Of a stretch of DNA of 64,000 nucleotides, positions 1-40,334 are shown piece after piece. The notes under the pieces were generated by a model that was not told where the DNA came from, ran no database searches, and worked only from the letters and a program-made list of their open reading frames with translations. The position numbers were made by a program, and so were the translations under genes. Position 1 is the first letter of the stretch; every line of letters starts with the position of its first letter. Origin of the DNA: Lytechinus pictus (taxonomy: Eukaryota). The DNA is taken from NCBI RefSeq assembly GCF_037042905.1, contig NC_087252.1:6388001-6452000 (forward strand), written 5' to 3'.

Positions 1-613
1 CAAAGCAATTATCGTTTTCATCATTATCATTTTATATCATTGCTTTTATCATTTTTTATTTTCACGGATTATTTCACTTTTTTGTGTGAAAATGAAAATT
101 CTAGTGATAAAAAAAATTATAATGATATTGATAATGATCATAATTGATGATAATCATAGCTATGATATGAAAATGATGATGATGGCAATAATGAAGAGGA
201 TGATGATTGGTTTTGATGTTGATTAGGATGATATTGATAAAGATAATGTCTCTTCAGGGAAAAAAAAGTAATGTGGCTCAGTGCTTATTTGACCTACCCC
301 CCCCCCAAATATGCCTCCGAGAGCCCTTAACCTGTTAAATACTGAACTTTGTCATTCCCATAGACTTTATACAGGTATAACCCGGTTCCAGATGGCAACA
401 GGTTAACTTATAAAAATGTGCCCCTGATTCAATGTAAACTGTGATATTATATTGCAACTTTGGCTGGTTAGCTAAAAAAAGGTAGTCCGTAAAGTTAAAT
501 ATCAATTTTCCACGCCCCCCATGATCTCTCTCTCTCCTGTTCTCTCTCCCTCTCCTTCCATTTGTCTCTCTCAATCATTCATCCATACTCTCTCTTTGAA
601 CTCCATTATTCAG

Positions 614-3600
614 ATGACACAACAGATCTAAAGCTACCTAATATCTTGGTCCTGAATCGATGCAAGATCCAGAGAGCTGGAGATGAAGAAAAGCTGGCTG
701 AACTCTGTAAACGTGTTCAAGAGCTTGACTTAGCTGAGAATGCTCTAGACAACTGGCAAGAGGTAAGGTAGTCTTTTCATGAATACCACAGACACACTGG
801 TCAAACCAACTCCAGGGTCCGTAGTTAGCGATTAATTGTACGTTTGATTTTTACGATTGATTGTACATTGTGGTCAAGAGAATCAATCGTAGAAAAATGT
901 TATACGATGACTGCTAAGCTTTGTGTTACTGGCGACTGATAGACCAAATACATTACCATAACCTATGACATAGCTTGTAAGGTCGGTTTGGAGTTGGTTC
1001 TATTGGTTTAGCTGTAAGCAGAAGAAAGCTTTTTGAGAGTTAAATGATATTTGAAAACGGATCAAATAATTAGCTGACAGTTCGGAAGGGGAGGATTGTT
1101 AAGTTGGTATGCACAATTTCTTTGAGTGTGATGTAATTCTGGCCAGTGGCCATCCTTGAGAACAACACTGGATACAAAAATGTTGATTTATTTTTGGTTT
1201 TCTTGCATGAAAGTTCAGTTGATGGACATGCAAAAATGGAAAAATAATTTGATTCATTATTTTATTTTCATGAATTTCTCTGAATAGGTTGTGAACATCA
1301 CCAGTAAGCTTCCGAGTTTAGAGTTCATCAACCTCAGCTCAAATCCATTACACCTGGCCCCACCCCTAGAAACCCCCTTAGCAACTGCAGGAAGTCTAGT
1401 CACTATGGATAATGTACAGCGACTGGTTTTGAATAATACCAAACTATGTTGGGAATCTATACATAGTCTTCTCACTGTTATGCAGAGGTAGGTACATATA
1501 AGTAGACTAGAGATGGAATTGAGGCCGGCCTCGAGGCTGAATTTTACAAGCCTTGGCCTCAATTGTTAAGTCACATGTATGGTAGACTGTAGAGATGGAA
1601 TTGAGGCCGGCCTCGAGACCGAACTTTACAAACCTTGGCCTCAGTTGTTGAGTCACATGTATGGTAGACTGCAGAGATGGAATTGAGGCCGGCCTCGAGG
1701 CCAAATTTTACAAGCCTTGGCCTCACTTGTCGCGTCCCATGTATGCATTATAGATTCTGTGAGACTGTGTCTCAGAACTCCTATATTCAATACAGATTTT
1801 TGGTTTGAAGTTTTCTCTTTTTCAGTATTGATGTCAAAATCCAGTTTGTACACCAATTATTTTATTTGTTCATTCAATTGAAATATCTATACCCTTATCA
1901 CTGTAGTATTGGAATAGCTGTAATGAATGAATTATTGAATTGGTCGGAGGCTGTCCACCAAAAAGTAGTTCATAGAAACCAATCTAGAGGTACATTTATG
2001 GATACTAGGATAATACAAAACTCAATATTTAAGTCATGAAGTGATGTTGCAATTGATTTAATAAATCTGAGGTATTTTCTTTTCTAATGTCATAATTTTT
2101 TTATTCTAGGTTGCTCGTCCAAACTCTCTTCCTATTTTTCTTGTGACTAACTGAATATAATATACAGTACTAATAAAAAGGATACTTTTATTTAAAGGGA
2201 TGGCCCAGGCTGGATATATTTATATAGATCTCAATAAATAGAGTAAAATTCACAGAGCAAAATGCTGAAAATTTAATCAAAATCAGATAACAAAGGAATT
2301 GAATTTTAAAGTTTATCAATATTTTGTGAAAACAGTTATGTGCACATCATCATGGATATTCATTAGATGTTATGTTATAACATGAAATCATTCATTTTTT
2401 CATACATGTGTATTAATGATGTGTCTCCATTATGATGAAATAATTTGTGGCAATAAATAACTACTGCACTTAATCAGTTGTCAATCCAATTGTTTTAGTT
2501 CTTGGTAGAATTTTTTTGAATAAATCTAATTTCATATAATGAAATACAAAAGAACAAGTGGGGATATGACATCATCATATACCTAATGTATATTAATGAA
2601 GACATACCTAGAACAGTTCACAGGAATAATGCAAATCTTAAAAATTCAATAACTTTGTTATTTGTTATCCGATTTTGATTAAATTTTCAGCAATTTGCTC
2701 TGAATTTTACTGTATTTATTGAAATATAAATATCTCCAGCCTGGACCATCCCTTTAATTATAATTGTTAATTTACTGGTTTATAATTTTTTTTCAGATTA
2801 AAGGAACTTCATCTAAGTCTGAACGAGTTGAGCAAGGTAACCCCAGGAGACTGCACTCACGGGAACCTGAAACTCCTTCAGTTCAATAACAATCAAGTCA
2901 GAGACTGGCAGGACATAGAAAAACTAGGTAACATGTTCCCTGAACTTGAGACGCTTATCCTCATGGAAAACCCTATCACGACATTAGGGAATAATCCCGG
3001 AGATGCATTCCCAAACCTCAAGGTTTTATGCCTCAATGAGACGTTAGTCGATTCGTGGGACGAACTAGATAAGTTGAATGCATTCCCTTCTCTGACGGAA
3101 GCCCTGGTCAAGGGCATCCCATTGCTGTGTGTGACGGGGAAGGGGGATAAGGCAGAGAAGCAGATTAGGCAGCTGGTTGTCGCTAGGTTGGGCAACCTAG
3201 AGAGACTGAATAGGAGCGTTATCACAGAGACCGAGAGGGAGCAAGCGGAGAGAATGTTCATCAGGAAGTTTAGAGATGGTGATGAAAGACCTACAAGGTA
3301 AGTTCAAGCCTGATATGGAATGGGACAGAAATGTCAGTTGGTTTTTTTTTTAAAGAGGAATTGCTTTGTTTGAAACCCATGCTCAATAAACTTTCATCCA
3401 AGCTGACTAAGTAGTTGAATTTCTAAATTGCCCACTCTTCCAGTACTCTGCCATCCTGTGACAAAAAGAAGCAAGTCTGATTTCCGTTAAAATTGACTTT
3501 TTCTTAAATTGGGGATACTTTCTATTTGCTCTACATGACACTAAAGGAATTGAGTCACATAGCCCCCAAATTCTCAAATGTAGACATTTCAACAGCAAGT

Positions 3601-4313
3601 AATTCTATGTATTCTGTGTATTTTCACATAGTACAATGACAAAATTCCTCATCCGACTATTAAAAACTCATTCCACAGAGTTGCTTCTGTTTGTCATTTT
3701 TATTTACTCCATTTATTTGTAATTCAATGCATTATTAATGGATTGAATTACACTGGTTTTCTTAAAGAAAACCAGTCTTTACATTTAACTTAAATTTACA
3801 GATTGATATTCAGACACTTATATGACACATTCTGTTGGCAGTATTGTAAAAATGTAAGACCTCAGTCAATTAATCAGTCAATCAATCCATTTGTCATGGT
3901 ATGGCATTACTTAAAAAAACATTTTTAGGATAATAGAAATGGTCAGATGATTATATTTGTTCATGATAGTTCATGTCATACTCTTTGACAGGTATGATGA
4001 ACTGATCGCTAAACATGGGAACATCCAAGAGCTAGCCAAGGTGGATCTATCCCCACGCACTACTTACGACTGTAAAATCTCATACAATAACAAATCCTAC
4101 GACATCACCATCAACGTCAAAGACAATGTTCGACAACTCAACAAGCAAATCAGCGCCATCATCGGCCTCCCACCAAATAAGTTCCGCGTGTACTTCGAAT
4201 CTACCGACAAATCACACTTGTATAGTAACGAGTGGCTTAGGTACCCTAATAGGTTTTTACATAATTACAAGATTAGCGATGGTGATACTTTTGTCATTGC
4301 CTGCCATTCATAG
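614..4313 (+). CDS. TBCEL: Tubulin-specific chaperone cofactor E-like protein (LRR + C-terminal ubiquitin-like domain), 5'-partial, 4 exons in window
   Basis: Exons 614-762, 1288-1487, 2797-3297, 3992-4313 (stop TAG), all GT-AG with consistent phases. Translation gives LRRs (VQELDLAENALDNWQEV, LEFINLSSNPL, LVLNNTKLCWE, LKELHLSLNEL, FPELETLILMENPI), an LRR cap (RQLVVARLGNLERLNRSVITETEREQAERMFIR..RYDELIAKHG) and a C-terminal UBL (LRYPNRFLHNYKISDGD). This matches the TBCEL/TBCE architecture; upstream exons lie outside the window. Confidence 0.88.
1502..1745. repeat. Tandem repeat, about 82-bp unit x3, each with palindrome GAGGCCGGCCTC
   Basis: agagatggaattgaggccggcctcgag recurs at about 1509, 1591 and 1673. 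Confidence 0.9.
2196..2753. mobile_element. Non-autonomous DNA transposon, TTAA TSD (Kolobok-like)
   Basis: ttaa|AGGGATGGCCCAGGCTGG ... CCAGCCTGGACCATCCCT|ttaa with long imperfect subterminal inverted repeats. Related copies at 49243-49828, 41007-41209 (internally deleted) and about 8200-8697 (partial). Confidence 0.8.
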
Positions 4314-4359
4314 GATATGCAGTAGCTGCTTATCAAGGCCAGTGTTCAGAAGGTAAATT

Positions 4360-4745
4360 GCCAACTCGTCCACTCATTACATGGTCTACCTTCTTTAGTT
4401 TAATGCCATCAACATTTCGTCTCACAACCATTTGGTCCAATAACCATTGGTCCAGTCATCACTTCATCTAATCACCAGTTCGTCTATGACCATTTCGTCC
4501 AATAACCAGTTGGTCTAATATCCTTTACATTTTCATTCTTTTCGCGCAATATACACTTAGTCCAATTATACAAATGGTATATGGACTAAATGGCTATTGG
4601 ACCGACTGATTATTAGACGAAATGATGAGTGAACAAAATAGCAATTGGACCATGTGGATAGTGGACAAACTGATGGTAGACCAAATGATAGTAGACAAGT
4701 TGGTAATTGGACAAAATAGCATTAGACCAATTGAAAATAAACCAT
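4360..4745. repeat. Interspersed repeat built from short (tt)ggtccaa/ggtctaa motifs arranged as an inverted array
   Basis: Many catttggtcc/agttggtcta units followed by their reverse complements; similar copy at about 25430-25740. Confidence 0.6.
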
Positions 4746-5421
4746 TCTGAATAGGACATAGCATTAGCAATACAAAGGTGAGAAAACCTGGTATCTCATA
4801 AGAGTTAAAGGAGTGGTGATTGACCATGCTGTCCCTAAGTTAGGACTACTGGTAACGTTTTCTGGTGCTAAATCCAAGAGCAGTTTCACAAAGCATTAAC
4901 CGCTTGTCAAGACCAAATGCTCTGAATAGTATGTGAATATGCTAGGGGTGAGGAAACCTTGTATCTCAAAAGAGTTAAATTGGCTGATGATTCATGAGGC
5001 AGTTCCTAAGTAACATAGCAGCTTCATTACTCTCCAAGACAACGTGTACGCCTTTTGGGAGAGTACATCTGCAAGGTTCAAGATTACTGACCCTTTCTGG
5101 TGCTAAATCCAAGAGCAATTTCATAAAGCTGTTCGAAAGTTACAGACTACTGCTGACCCCTTCCCTCGCTACACCTTGGAGCCATTTCATAATGCTCTTC
5201 ATAATTTATGCATGATCGGTGATCCTTTCTTGCGCTATTTAAGAGCTCCTCCCGAATACCCTGCTTTAGTATAATGGGAGTGAACTATGTGTAATTCTCT
5301 TCAAATCTTGTAAATAATAAACTTTTTCCTCAAATGTTTGCTATCAATGAGAATTTTAATCTACAAAAAAATCTGCTTTACATATATAGAGCATCTGATA
5401 AGCAGAAGGAAGGGTCACCAG

Positions 5422-5673
5422 GGGCCAGTCTTTCAAAAAGTTGTGATTAATTCAATCAATCGCAACTATGGAAAGCCAACAAAGTCAACATGAAATGCAT
5501 GTTTGCTCAAGAATTTCTCTGCATATGAATGTATATCCATAAATTCATTGGTGTGTTCTCCTTTGTTTACAAAGGACATTTTGCAAATTTCCTGTAGAAA
5601 AAATTATGACACTGATGGGGTTCCATAGTTACGTTTGATTGGATCAATCATAACTCTTTGTAAAGACGGGGCC
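5422..5673. mobile_element. Harbinger/PIF-like MITE, CAG TSD (GGGCCCGTCTTACAAAGAG family)
   Basis: cag|GGGCCAGTCTTTCAAAAAGTT ... AACTCTTTGTAAAGACGGGGCC|cag; same family as 51019-51282 and 7056-7363. Confidence 0.75.
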
Positions 5674-7055
5674 CAGTAGTGCATAAAGATCGGCATAACT
5701 TACACACGGCTTTATGAAGTAGTAGTGAAAGTAGTTCAGTCATTCTTCAATCCTGGTGACCCCATGGACAAACTTTCTCCATGCTGTTCTATGCTTGGTT
5801 CTCTCAAAGATTTTCCAGTTTCTTTAGTAATTCCTTCCAGCCATCTATTCCTCTGTCTTCCTCTTCTCCTTCTAAGCTTTATGAAACAGCCCCCAAATTA
5901 AGCCCAAGAAACGATCACCCATCGTTTGTAAAGCCGAGCATAATATATGAACAGCTTTTGAAACGGCCCTTAGATTTAGCACAAGAAATTTTCAAAAGTC
6001 AAGCGTAAAGTCGGGCGCTTTATGTGAACAGCTTAACGATGCACCCATCGAGTGATGGCTGTTGTTCCACAGCCGTTGGGACATTCCGCCTTTCAACATG
6101 GTGTCATGCTTTTATTTGTTGACCTTGAGAGCTAGGGTTCTACTGGATATCACTTGATTAAATACATGTATTTAGTCATTAAGACCATGAAATGATATTT
6201 CTCCATTATGAGATATAAGACCTTGTCCCCCACCGACAATAAACCCTTTTTTAAATTTAGATTTTTCATATTTTCATAAGAGATTTTGAAGATGATGTGC
6301 TGATGATTGGTATGAACTGTGTGAACTCTTACCCATTAACCAATATGCAAATCAAAAGTTGATTTTCTCGAAGCCAAATTATTCAATAGTTTTCATGGTT
6401 TAAACTTTTTTGACATTGTTGAAAAGCTACAACTGGCCCAATATAGAGTTCAGTTATTTTCTTAGATAAATCACAACTCTAACTTTATACATGCAGCTCC
6501 AACTTGCCATTGCATAAGTTTTTGTAGGCTTAGGCCCTGTTCCACAAAGCCTATTCATTAATCATACAGTTAATTTGTATGCTTGATTGCACACAATAGG
6601 CAATGCAATCAATCATGTTTAATAATCAGTGCTATGAGCAATCGCCATGCTTTTAGTTACTTGGCTTTAGGTCCAAGGTACATTACAGATAAAACATGAT
6701 TTGGAGTTAACTCAGTTTCATTAGGCATAAAAAAAATGTTTTATGTACATACGGGGTGGATGATTGGAGTATATTTCTTTATGATGTGATGAGGGTGATC
6801 CTTTAATCCTGTAATTGTATCTATATGAATTTCTCACTGTGCACATTGTATATCAGACTGCCATGAACAGAAATATTTGCCATTCAATGCTAAGTACTTT
6901 GCCAAGATATTTATACATTTCATTTTGATATTTGATACGAGTACTTTATCATTCAAAGTATAGTTCAGTCTGTATATTAAGTCATGTATCTGTTTCACAG
7001 ATTCAATGGCAAGTAATCCGAACTCTGGTTTAATTTCAACTCTGGTCTAAAATTG

Positions 7056-7363
7056 TGTTCTCCTTTCTTTACAAAGGACATTTTGCAAATTTCCTGTAGA
7101 AAAAATGATGACACTGATGGATTTCCATAGAGTTACGATTGATTGGATCAATCTTAACTCTTTGTAAGACGGGGTCCTGTACTGTTGGAGATTTGTGTAA
7201 AGAAAGGAGAATACCCCAAATTGTCAAGAAATCAATGAATTTATGAATATACATTCATATCTAAATTTTTTTTAAACAAACATGCATTTTAGATGTTGAC
7301 TTTGCTGGCTTTCCATAGTTGTGATTGATTGGATCAATCGCAACTCTTTGTAAGACGGGGCCC
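7056..7363. mobile_element. Rearranged copy of the GGGCCCGTCTTACAAAGAG MITE family
   Basis: 3' half in forward orientation (7056-7177) followed by the 5' half in reverse (about 7198-7363); both end in aactctttgtaagacgggg. Confidence 0.7.
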
Positions 7364-9799
7364 AGGTTTGATTTATATTTAATCTGTTACTCTCAGATCA
7401 TTTTAAACAGTCTGGGAAAGTGGGAATAATACTTGAATTAGTTTACCTTTGCCATTAGAGAGCATTACGAAAGAACAGTCTGAATACAAGAAAAATACAC
7501 TGCTATCAAGATTTTGACATTTTTTGGCATCGATTATTTTAGCACAGAGTTAGACCATGGCCTAAGTAGAACCCTGCTTCAGAATACGGGCCAATAAGTC
7601 TTAATAGATGTAATGTTTCTTCCAATGTCATCTATTTCCATGTAAAACATGGAGAGATGTATATATACAAAGCTTTCATTGCACTTATTATATATTTGAG
7701 AAGGGAAGGTGGGAGGGGAGTACAATTTCCCATAAATGTAATCATGCGCAGATCCCATTTTTAAAAACCTGACAGCTGCCCAGTTTCGGTTGTGCAGTAA
7801 TTGACACGCATGCATGAATACTAAATGAAAATTCCTGATTTTTTTTTACATAATGATGTGCTTTCATTATAATGAGAGCTTTCAATAATACATTGCTCTG
7901 TTTATACACTCAGATGGAATAAATGTTGTTAACTATGTTTAATTACAAATCGATTTCCAGTGAAGGAAATTAGGGGCCTTGTAATAGCAGAGTGTTATAA
8001 CCTAATGTGCCTTTACATATTTGTGATAAACTTTCATAAAATGAAATCGCAACTGAAGGAGCAAGGAATAAGTAATGAATTCAAATCCCTTTATATGACA
8101 GTTGGAGCATGCATTCCTAACGAATGTCTCCTTTAATTAATGCCTTCTGATAAGCATTGTAAATATATGCAAACAAAAACAAAACAAAAATTGTTGACCA
8201 TAAAAAAGTGAAATTTTATCAGCTATTTAAGCAGATATGAAGCATATATGAAGAAAAGTTTGTTGTAAAAATAGCAGAAAAAAATAATTTAAAAAATATT
8301 GGCGAAGGTTTGAGGAAAATCTGATAAAGATTAAGAAAGTTATTTGAATTTTAAGTTTTGGCCCCATATGTAATGCAATATAAAATGCATGAATTTCACT
8401 TCAATGGTTCCTGATGACTGATTTTTGTTTTCTTTTCATGATTAGGTGTGAAATGATTTTTCTATTGACATACAAAATGTACAGTAAAAACCATTTTCAA
8501 TTATCTGAGAAAATGACATTTCATTGAATTTCGCTATGTAGGAATGCTGCATGCATATGATGTCACAAATCAAATAATTAAAATTCTAGTAACTTTTAAA
8601 TTCTTTGGTGGATTTTTCTAAAATCTTCAACAATATTTTTTGTTATTTTTTCTGCTATTTTTTTGAAATAAACTTTTTGCCAGGATGAAATTCCCCTTTA
8701 ACGCTAAGAGAATTATAGTTGGACTGACTTTTGTGATTAATCATACTCAATAAACGATGTTATTAATGATAAAAATCAGCCTGCAATCAATTGCTAAGCT
8801 TTATGTTAAATGGGCACCGAATGATGGATCACATCATTTGAATCCATTTTCTACTAAAGCGATGTAAGAAGAGTATACATTTAATGTTTATTGCCAATTT
8901 AATGTGTGTAATTTCAGTATTTCATGTTCTTATGCAGTAATATGTGTGTGCTTTGAATTGATTGTACATAGTTTTATAATTACCTGCAATTTTGATAATT
9001 ATGTATTAAATTAAAGACAAATTTTATGACCCATTAATTAATCCTTACCAGAGTGTTCAATGGATTTTTCTTGTTTTCTATATTCAAGAGAGCAAGTTGA
9101 GTCTTTCCGATTCAACCTCCAATCAATCGAATAAGTGCCCTTTTTAAGCCTCATTTTGCAAAAAAGTTGGAGAAAGAATATTAAGTAATAGACCCCAAGG
9201 GAACATTTCATGAAACAGTGATTTTCATTGACAATTTTGCTCCTAGCCAATCAGATGGAAAAATCTTGGAAGCTAGACATAAGAGTCATTCAAAATCACA
9301 AGTTTTATGAAATGCTATTAGGATTTTTGATATTGGGACAATAAGCCTGTTCATGGTTGTAAACTGCGCACGATAAGAAAAAAGGTCATTTCAGATAAAC
9401 CATGAAGGTGGCTTTCAAATTCACTGACATAGGCATTTGTGATTTGATGATGATTCATGTATTCCTTTCAAAATATTAATTTTATCACATCCAAGCTGAA
9501 GAGTAATAAATATAGCCTTCATAATCACTGGTATTTGACAGTAGCCTAAACAATAGTCAAATGTGCCAAAGGCAGACAATAAAACAGATTTCCAAACTTT
9601 ATCCCTGATGTACTGGTCTATACAATGCCTTTTGTTCTTAGAATTTGAATACTCTACCGTTAAAGCTTACGCAACATCTACATTTGAAAATGATAGTGCT
9701 TATCCTAATGAAAAATCACAAAGGTCATTTGAGAAAAGTTGATCATGAGCTAACCGTGAACTGGCTTATTGCAATTGCCAATCTCTCATCTTACAGCGT

Positions 9800-10390
9800 T
9801 TCATGACACAAATAACATTTTCAATGACAATTATGCCGAGTCAATCATATACAAGGATCTCAGTAGCTTAGTCGGTGAAAATCACTCATTTTATGAAATG
9901 CTATTAGGATTATTGATATTAGGACAATTACCATACTATCTCTAATTCTACAATGATTTTCACCAACAATTATGCTCCAAGCCAATTGGCTGCAAAAATC
10001 TCAGTAGCTTACACTCAGTGAAAATCACTATCTTATGAGATGCTATTAGGATTTTATATTGTTATTGGGATAATTACCATTCAATGTCATTTTACAGCAT
10101 TTCATTAAACGATTTTCACTGACAATTATGTTCTGAGCCAATCAGCTGCAAGAATCTCAGTAGCTTAGTCGGTGAAAATCACTCATTTTATGAAATGCTA
10201 TTAGGATTAATGATATTAGGACAATTACCATACTATCTCTTATTCTACAATGATTTTCACCAACAATTATGCTCCAAGCCAACTGGCTGCAAAAATCTCA
10301 GTAGCTTAGTCGGTTAAAATCACTATTTTATGAAATGCTGTTAGGATTTTTAGCTGATTATTGGGATAATTACCACACAACCTCTCATTC
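9800..10390. repeat. Tandem array, about 150-bp unit x4 (MITE-derived), plus a detached unit at about 9200-9345
   Basis: atctcagtagcttagtcggtgaaaatcact...ttatgaaatgctattaggatt recurs near 9857, 9998, 10154 and 10296. Confidence 0.85.
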
Positions 10391-10457
10391 TTCACACACA
10401 ATACTCCTTCAGTCATACTTTGACACTGCTTTCTCTTGGCTTGCCTTACTGTCACAG

Positions 10458-11097
10458 GGAGTGTTGCAAGAACAGATTTGCAATCAATTGCAAATACGAT
10501 ATTGGTTGTAAATTTACAAGTAATAGAACAATCTTATCTAAAGGCCACCGCACACCTTACGACCCGACCAGTCGCCGACTGGCTTGCGACTGAGTGAGGG
10601 GAGATGTGACGTCACAGCGCATGTCAGCTTCAGAGTCGCAGACCGGTCAGAGACAAGTCGCAAGGAAAATCGGAAGGATTTGACATGTCGAATCCTTATG
10701 ACTGGATCGCAAGCTCAATCCAACTTCCAGCCAATCAGACAGCAGAGTTGCATAACGCGTATTATGATAAACAACGCGCATACGCAGTAGTAAGCGCAAT
10801 TTCTCAGATGCTATGCCAAAAAGCAAAAAGCGCATGCGTGAGTCGCAGATCGGATCGCAAGGTGTGCGGTGTCGAGGCTTATGACTGCCTTGCGATTCAT
10901 CTCCCTCACTCAGTCGCAAGCCAGTCGCCGACCAGTCGGGTCGTAAGGTGTGCGGTGGCCTTAAAGCAAATCAATTTATCGTTGATACAAAAAGTACATT
11001 AGCGATCAATTGCAAATGTGAGATTAATTGCAAGACTCGATTGATTTTGGGACCTGAAACTTACTTGTAATTGATCGCAAGTTCCTTGCAACACTCC
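10458..11097. mobile_element. MITE with GGAGTGTTGCAAG termini hosting a nested insertion
   Basis: cagGGAGTGTTGCAAGAA ... TTCCTTGCAACACTCCagg terminal inverted repeats. Confidence 0.6.
10542..10961. mobile_element. GC-rich Harbinger/Tourist-like MITE, TAA TSD
   Basis: taa|AGGCCACCGCACACCTTACGACCCGAC ... GTCGGGTCGTAAGGTGTGCGGTGGCCT|taa; near-perfect TIR of about 60 bp. Confidence 0.85.
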
Positions 11098-12837
11098 AGG
11101 CTTTCATCCACTTTTCGCTACTCATCTAATTCTTTAAAATCACAAAGTTGACGGCTCTAAATTATCATTGACTGATCAACTTATGACAAGAAATAAAACA
11201 GAAATCAACAAAATCGCTCAGGGGAATGATAAAAACCAATTTAATATTCATGGACAACCAAAACACTCAAAATTCATTTGACAATCACAATTTTCACAAT
11301 GTTTAAAATAAAACACAATTAAAAACTTCTTTTTTCTTTCCTTCGGGACCTAGAGGTACAGGTTTTTATGGCAGTTAAGCATAATACACCAAAAACAGTG
11401 AAGTATAATAATGACCAAATATTAAACAGCCCAGCTTAGCAGAGATATATTGCCCGAGTTGTATCATGGCACCATAGGCGAACTCATGGTAATATCCAAC
11501 TCGCAAAGGGGAAATATAAAATCACTGGTTTTGGCAGGGGGTCCATATTAATATAATTAACTACAGGAAACCAAGAGCAAATTCATGGCAATTACTCTAT
11601 TATTTGAAACAATGTTTTTTCATAAAGTGAGTAAACTGCACACATGTGTGCAGTAATATGTAAATTTCATGAAAAAAACTGAAGTTTGAAAGTTCTCATT
11701 GTAACTGGCATGGATGCAGTTTTTGATGATTTACGCATCGACCCACTCAGATCTCCTGTACATTTAATGAATCATTACATACACGTCTTCAGCAATATTA
11801 TACATCAACTGACATACTAAAACTATACAATTTCATATATCCAAACATTTCAACCAAAAAGATGATAATTACGTGATTTTGACACCTTGTACCTCACTTT
11901 AAAAAAGTCAATACTGACTAGTATATGATTAATGAACACCAACGCAAACTAAGCCTGCATTTAATATGTAATGCTTCTAAATCACAAATTCACAGAATAA
12001 TTCACCAATAAGGAGGATATGAAGATCACTGAACCCAACGCTACTACCTCGTAAGTTTTTCTTCCTCTCAAGCTCATTGATAACCCTTTAATAAAATATA
12101 TCCTATTCTCACTTCCGCATGCATACCAGACAAATGACCTCTCCGATATTCAACTGTCATTTGGTGCATACGTATTGCAGTATACAAAGATCAATATTTT
12201 TAAATTAATATAATGTAGATTTCAAATAGAATACTCGACTTTTCAATAAGTTTCATATTTAGTTATTTGAATCAATATACAATAGAAATTTCAAGTTTTT
12301 AAAAATAGTACCATCAACAAATAAAAATTGAATGTATTGTGAATAAAACACTCTGAGCTTGACGATTCATAACGTCACGAAGCTTGGGTATCGTAAAAAG
12401 ATTAGCGTGCCGTGGAGAATACGAGAAAACGTCTTCCCGGGGCAACGCTGAGTTTGTCTGCAGAGGTTATCAAAGAACTTGAGAATGAGAGATTGAGCAG
12501 CAGACATTTCTAGTCGATCTTCTTTGACGGGGCGAGAGGGGAGATCGGGTTTGGGAGCTAGGAGTTCAGGAGGGGGTAGTGACTGGAGGAGGACTGTAGT
12601 GATTGGAGACTGTAGAGGGCGGTGCGCATGGAGGTATGATCGCTGACTTGCAGTATACGGGTGGAAGTTTGTTGAATGGGCAGCGGTTGATGGGCCCTGA
12701 TTAGAATTGGGCTTGCTGAGGGTCTTGGCGATTGGCTTGGGCTTGGCGAGGACCTTAGTGGGGGCTTTGAGGGGAGGAGTAGTAGGAGGGACTGTGTCAT
12801 AGGGGGATACGGGGTAGGAGCATTGGGATTGAAGAAG

Positions 12838-40334
<27,497 letters not shown>

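Noticed and set aside
1502..1745. CRISPR-like appearance of palindromic repeats (also 9800-10390)
   Set aside because: Eukaryotic intron context, the intervening sequence is repeated rather than unique spacers, and there are no cas genes.
10584..11002. Three overlapping ORFs in a GC-rich segment
   Set aside because: Contained in a 420-bp MITE; no transposase motifs.
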